DNA from: Octopus bimaculoides
Taxonomy: Eukaryota
Reading direction: 5' to 3'
Assembly: GCF_001194135.2 (NCBI RefSeq)
Contig: NC_069004.1
Location: 30,447,412 to 30,503,153 of the forward strand
DNA: 55,742 bases
Shown piece by piece: positions 51,786 through 55,742 of this stretch (the stretch's first letter is position 1; each line of letters begins with the position of its first letter). The position numbers and the translations under genes are program-made. The notes under the pieces are model-generated. The model was not told the DNA's origin. It saw nothing but the letters and a program-made list of their open reading frames with translations, and did no database searches.

Positions 51786-52158
51786 TTGTGTGTATGTGAA
51801 TGTATGTATTTATACATAAACATACGCACACATATGTATATATACACACGTACGAATACATACACGCACATCCATATATACATATATAGAGAGAGGAAGA
51901 GAGAGAGAGATATGTACGCACACATTCACATAAACACACACAAGCACATACATATATAGGTGATATTTACGCACACACACACATATATGTATGTATATAT
52001 ACACGTATATATATATCGCTTAATTCCGTTTTTTTTTTTTGTCTACCGTTGGTCTTTTCCTTCTGTTTTCAAACTGATGCTCATTATATTACGGGTATGA
52101 AACAACTGGTATCCCCCATCTCTGTGACATTACACTTACACTCACCAGCACCCAACCG

Positions 52159-52202
<44 letters not shown>

Positions 52203-52502
52203 TACTCACTCCCATTCACACCATACAAACACTCACAAACACACACATGCATACACGTTACACAAATCTATCAGGACAACGACCAGCACGGCCACCACCC
52301 CTCCTCCTCCTTCATCTTCTACCTCTTCTCTTTGTTCTTCTTATTTTTTTCTTCCTCTTCTTCTCTTTGTTGTTGTTGTTCTTCTATTCCTTGTTGTTCT
52401 TGGTGTTCTTCTCTTCTGTTGCCTCCTCCTCTTCTTCACTGATAAATTCTTTTTAATTTCTCATAATTATTACATGTTGGTCTCAATGCTATTACATGTT
52501 GG

Positions 52503-52690
52503 TTTCAAATTTTGGCACAAGATCAGCAATTTCGGGGGAGGGGTAAGTTCGATCACATCGGTCCCAGTGCTCAACTGGAACTTATTTTAGCTAAGCGACC
52601 TCGGCGTAATTTGAACTCAGAACGTAAAGACGGACGAAATGCAACTATGCCTTTCGCACAGCATGCTAACGATTCTACCAGCTCGTCACC
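52503..52690 (-). mobile_element. SINE family B copy; further 3' fragment at 53349-53418
   Basis: ttggcacaag...gacctcggcgtaatttgaactcagaacgtaaagacggacgaaat...gctaacgattctaccagctcg. Confidence 0.75.
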
Positions 52691-52865
52691 TGATCAAGGT
52701 ATTGAGTAAAACTTACCTTGTTGTGATAGACAATTCCCATCCATCCCTCATCCCCCTGCCCCATTATTCCTGTGAAAGTCCTGAGGGGTAAAGTCCTCAT
52801 GTACCTCCTCCATACGGTCTTATCAGAAGCAAACATTATTAGACTTTGTATTACGTATGTAAATG

Positions 52866-53122
52866 TGGAGGCGCGATGGCCCAGTGGTTAGGGCAGCGGA
52901 CTCGCGGTCGGAGGATCTCTGTTTCGATTCCCAGACCGGGCGTTGTGAGTGTTTATTGAGCGAAAACACCTAAGCTCCACGCGGCTCCGACAGGGCGTGG
53001 TGGCGACCCCTGTTGTACACTTTTGCCCCAACTTTTTCTCACTCTTTCTTCCTGTTTCTTGAGTAACGCTGCGATGGACTGGTGTCCCGTCCAGCTGCGG
53101 AGGGGGACACATACTCCATAGA
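52866..53122 (+). mobile_element. tRNA-derived SINE with gctgcgatggactggtgtcccgtccag central motif
   Basis: A-box-like tggcccagtggttagg and B-box-like gtttcgattccc; no tRNA 3' acceptor arm; body continues ~200 bp. Confidence 0.7.
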
Positions 53123-53125
53123 ATA

Positions 53126-53345
53126 TGTAATATCCTTGTCGCACTAATTTGTTGTATCGGTAATCTGCATCTTATTGTCTTTGACTCATCTATCGTGCTA
53201 TCGTTGATAGCTCCACAAGACAATAAGTTTGAAACGTCTACCTTGACGGTAACTCGAACTCGTTTATATCACATAACTGACACTGACTCCAACTGAGAAG
53301 TCGTACAACGACTCTGCTACTACTGACTGTCTGACTTTATAGTGA
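53126..53345 (-). mobile_element. Possible LTR 3' fragment
   Basis: Minus strand: TATAAA, then cagtcagtagtagcag..., ending ...gcgacaaggatattACA; no 5' TG end or internal region identified. Confidence 0.3.
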
Positions 53346-53914
53346 CCACTTTCTACTCTAGGCACAAGGCCCGAAATTTTGCGGGAGACAGCCAGCCGAT
53401 TAGATCGACCCCAGTACCATTTTCACTACAACACCTACTTTTTGACAAAGGTTAATCCCTCTAAATGTTAGATTCCCTACTGTTTCTTCTTTTGGCGTAT
53501 GCTTCTTTTTCTTGTTGTTGTTTCGCTTTATATTTCTACGCTTTTCAAGCTTTTGCGTTCTCTTGTCTGACTCCGCGTGGTGTTGTCTGTTTTCTTTCTG
53601 TTTGCTTCGAATATTGTTTTTGTCACTTGTGTGATTTTTAGACTATATATATATATACACGCGCCTGTGAGTGTACGTGTGCATACATACATACATACAC
53701 ATGTAAATATATCTATAATTGTATTTACATCTATCTATTTACACACACACACACAAATTAGAATAACAAAGGAGGAAACAATGTTATGAATTTCGTTAGC
53801 TTATGCTTTCCCAAATAAAACTGCACTTCATATTCGAAGCTCCGGTAAAGCTACAGAGTGATACACAAGCATGCAACTATGAGTGCATTGTACACGCACA
53901 CACACATATATATA

Positions 53915-54075
53915 TATGCCGGGCTTCTATCAGTTTCCGTCTACCAAATCCACTCAGAAGTCATTGGTCGGCCCGAGGCTATAGTAGAAGACACTTGCCC
54001 AAGGTGCTACGCAGTGGGACTGAACCCGGAACCATGTGGTTGGGAAGCAAGCTTCCTACCACACAGCCGCGCCTA
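53915..54075 (-). mobile_element. SINE family A, 5' half (close to consensus)
   Basis: gggcttctatcagtttccgtctaccaaatccactc...gcagtgggactgaacccggaaccatgtggttgggaagcaagc. Confidence 0.85.
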
Positions 54076-54227
54076 TATATATATATATATTCAAACATAT
54101 GTTGCTATGTCACCTTTCAGAAAATGTCATATTCTTCTGTCATGTGAGAAACGAAATCACGCACTTAAACGCTGATTGCAAAACGGTACGAACTTTTTTC
54201 GTCTATCAAATTCACTGACACGATGAG

Positions 54228-54417
54228 TCTAGGACATGTTCTCACCATGGACAATAACCACCCCCAAGGACAATTAGCCTTGAGGACAACAAATAATGAT
54301 TTAAAACTTCTTAATATATTAGAGAGGGATAATTAACCAAGGGGCGGGTAATTGTCCTAGAGGGTAGTTGTTGTCGGGGGGAATTGTCCTAGGGTGGGGG
54401 ATGATTGTCCTGATACG
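54228..54417. mobile_element. MITE-like element with inverted subterminal repeats
   Basis: Three GGACAA-type motifs on the left (54249-54290) face three ATTGTCCT motifs on the right (54350-54411) around an AT-rich core. Confidence 0.55.
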
Positions 54418-54419
54418 GA

Positions 54420-54545
54420 GACGATATCGGCCGGCTCGAGGCTTCAGTAGAAGACACTTGTCTGAGATGCCGTGCATTGGAACTGAACTCGAAGCCAAGT
54501 CGTTACCAAGCGAACTTCTTAACCACTGAGCCATGCCCGCGCCAA
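54420..54545 (-). mobile_element. SINE family A head (diverged)
   Basis: cgaggcttcagtagaagacacttg...ggaactgaactc...ttaaccactgagccatgcc. Confidence 0.65.
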
Positions 54546-54589
54546 TATGATTGCAAAATCTTTTTGCGTTTAGTTTCATTCCACAAGAA

Positions 54590-55400
54590 TCGGTGTTTCT
54601 TTAACAATTCTAATATTCTGATATTCTTCCTTTTCACTAATTTCCTTCTTTTGTTTCGCTTTCTTTCATCATTTCTGTTCTTTTTTCTCCTTCTTCCTGT
54701 CTTATTCATTATTCTTATGTCTTCCTTTCTTTCTCCTTCCTTGTTTTGTTCCTGCATTTTTGCTTTCTTTACTTTCTTTCATTGTTTTCTTTCTTTTTCT
54801 TTCGTTTACCTTCCAGTTTTATATCTTCTGCCTTTCTTTCTCTTAATCATTTTCTTTCTTTCTTTCTTTGTCTGTCCTTTTAATTCTCTCTTTTCTTCCT
54901 TTTCTTCCAATCTTTCTTTTTCTTTTCTTCCTTCTTCCGTTTCTTTCACTCATTCTTTTTCCATCTTTTAATTCTCTCATTCTTTTCTTTCTTTCCTTCT
55001 TTCTCTTGTTTTATCCGTCTTCCTTCTTTCCCTTCTATTGTTATTTTTTTCCTTCTTCCTTCTTCTCTTTCTTTCCTCCTAATTCGATCGTTTCTTTCAT
55101 TCCTTATTCTCTTTCCTTTTATCCGTCTTCCTTCCTTTCTTTCGTTCTTTTTTCTTTCCTCCTTCCTCCATTTCTTTGTATCCTTTCTTTCTCAGATACA
55201 TCTCTTTCTCTCCTTATTTCTCTTTCTTTTGTTTTATCTTCCTCCTTCCTTTATCCTTTTCTCTTCCCTTCTTTCTTTCTTTCTTCCTTTTTCATTTTCC
55301 TTCTTTCTTTCTTTTTCTCCCCCTCCCTATCATCCATTTATTCCTTTCCTTCTTTCCTCCCCCTTCCCTCCTTCTGCTTCTGTTTTCCGTCTCCAGACAC
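54590..55400 (+). repeat. ~800-bp pyrimidine-rich (CT/CTT) tract
   Basis: Almost entirely C/T on the plus strand. Confidence 0.9.
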
Positions 55401-55742
55401 TCCAGACGTTAGCCAGACAAAACAGCAGACGACAACACACACATACAACAATCAAACGGAAGAAAAAAATTTCCTTTCAAAGAAGCCGCGTCGTTTGGAG
55501 AGTTCCATGTTTACATTTGTCTGAAATTATCTGACGGCAATCTTTGGTCGCCATTGTAGCAAACATAGATATTGTTGTTGATGTTGTTCTTATTGTCGTT
55601 GGTTTCGTTGGTGAGGGATGGTGGTGGTGACGGCGGTCGTGATAACATAGGTAATTTCATCGAATAAGCATGAGCATATATGTATATGTGTGTGTGTATA
55701 TCTGTATTCATGTGTGTATATAATTGTATGCATACATATACA

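Noticed and set aside
52866-52935. tRNA-like sequences at SINE heads
   Set aside because: A/B boxes are present but there is no complete cloverleaf or acceptor stem, and they continue into SINE bodies.
54477-55534. F/L/S-rich membrane-protein-like ORFs (also 41721-42653)
   Set aside because: Translations of polypyrimidine low-complexity DNA.

Overview
AT-rich, draft-quality eukaryotic scaffold with about 15 large N gaps and very dense di/tri/tetranucleotide microsatellites. The repeat families and composition look like a coleoid cephalopod (Octopus-like) genome; this is inference from recognising the repeats, not a database result. I found no intact host gene, RNA gene or CRISPR array. Nearly all ORF-track entries are microsatellite or N-gap artefacts. 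The window is a graveyard of mobile DNA: two abundant tRNA-derived SINE families, a third SINE class, Tx1/L1-clade, R4/Dong-type (RLE) and RTE-type LINE fragments, a nearly full-length decayed DD37D (maT) Tc1/mariner, a DD34D mariner fragment, a Buster/Charlie hAT transposase relic and small MITE-like hairpins. The main unexplained signal is a set of type I hammerhead ribozyme motifs, none next to a recognisable Penelope ORF: a fully canonical one at 4226-4272, one at 8330-8382, a pair facing each other in a 193-bp inverted repeat at 35688-35880, and a decayed relic near 30019. Other notable points are a strong minus-strand bias of the SINEs (about 24 of 26 copies), a 40-bp CACGTG/CAATTG minisatellite and a weak candidate 69-nt exon.
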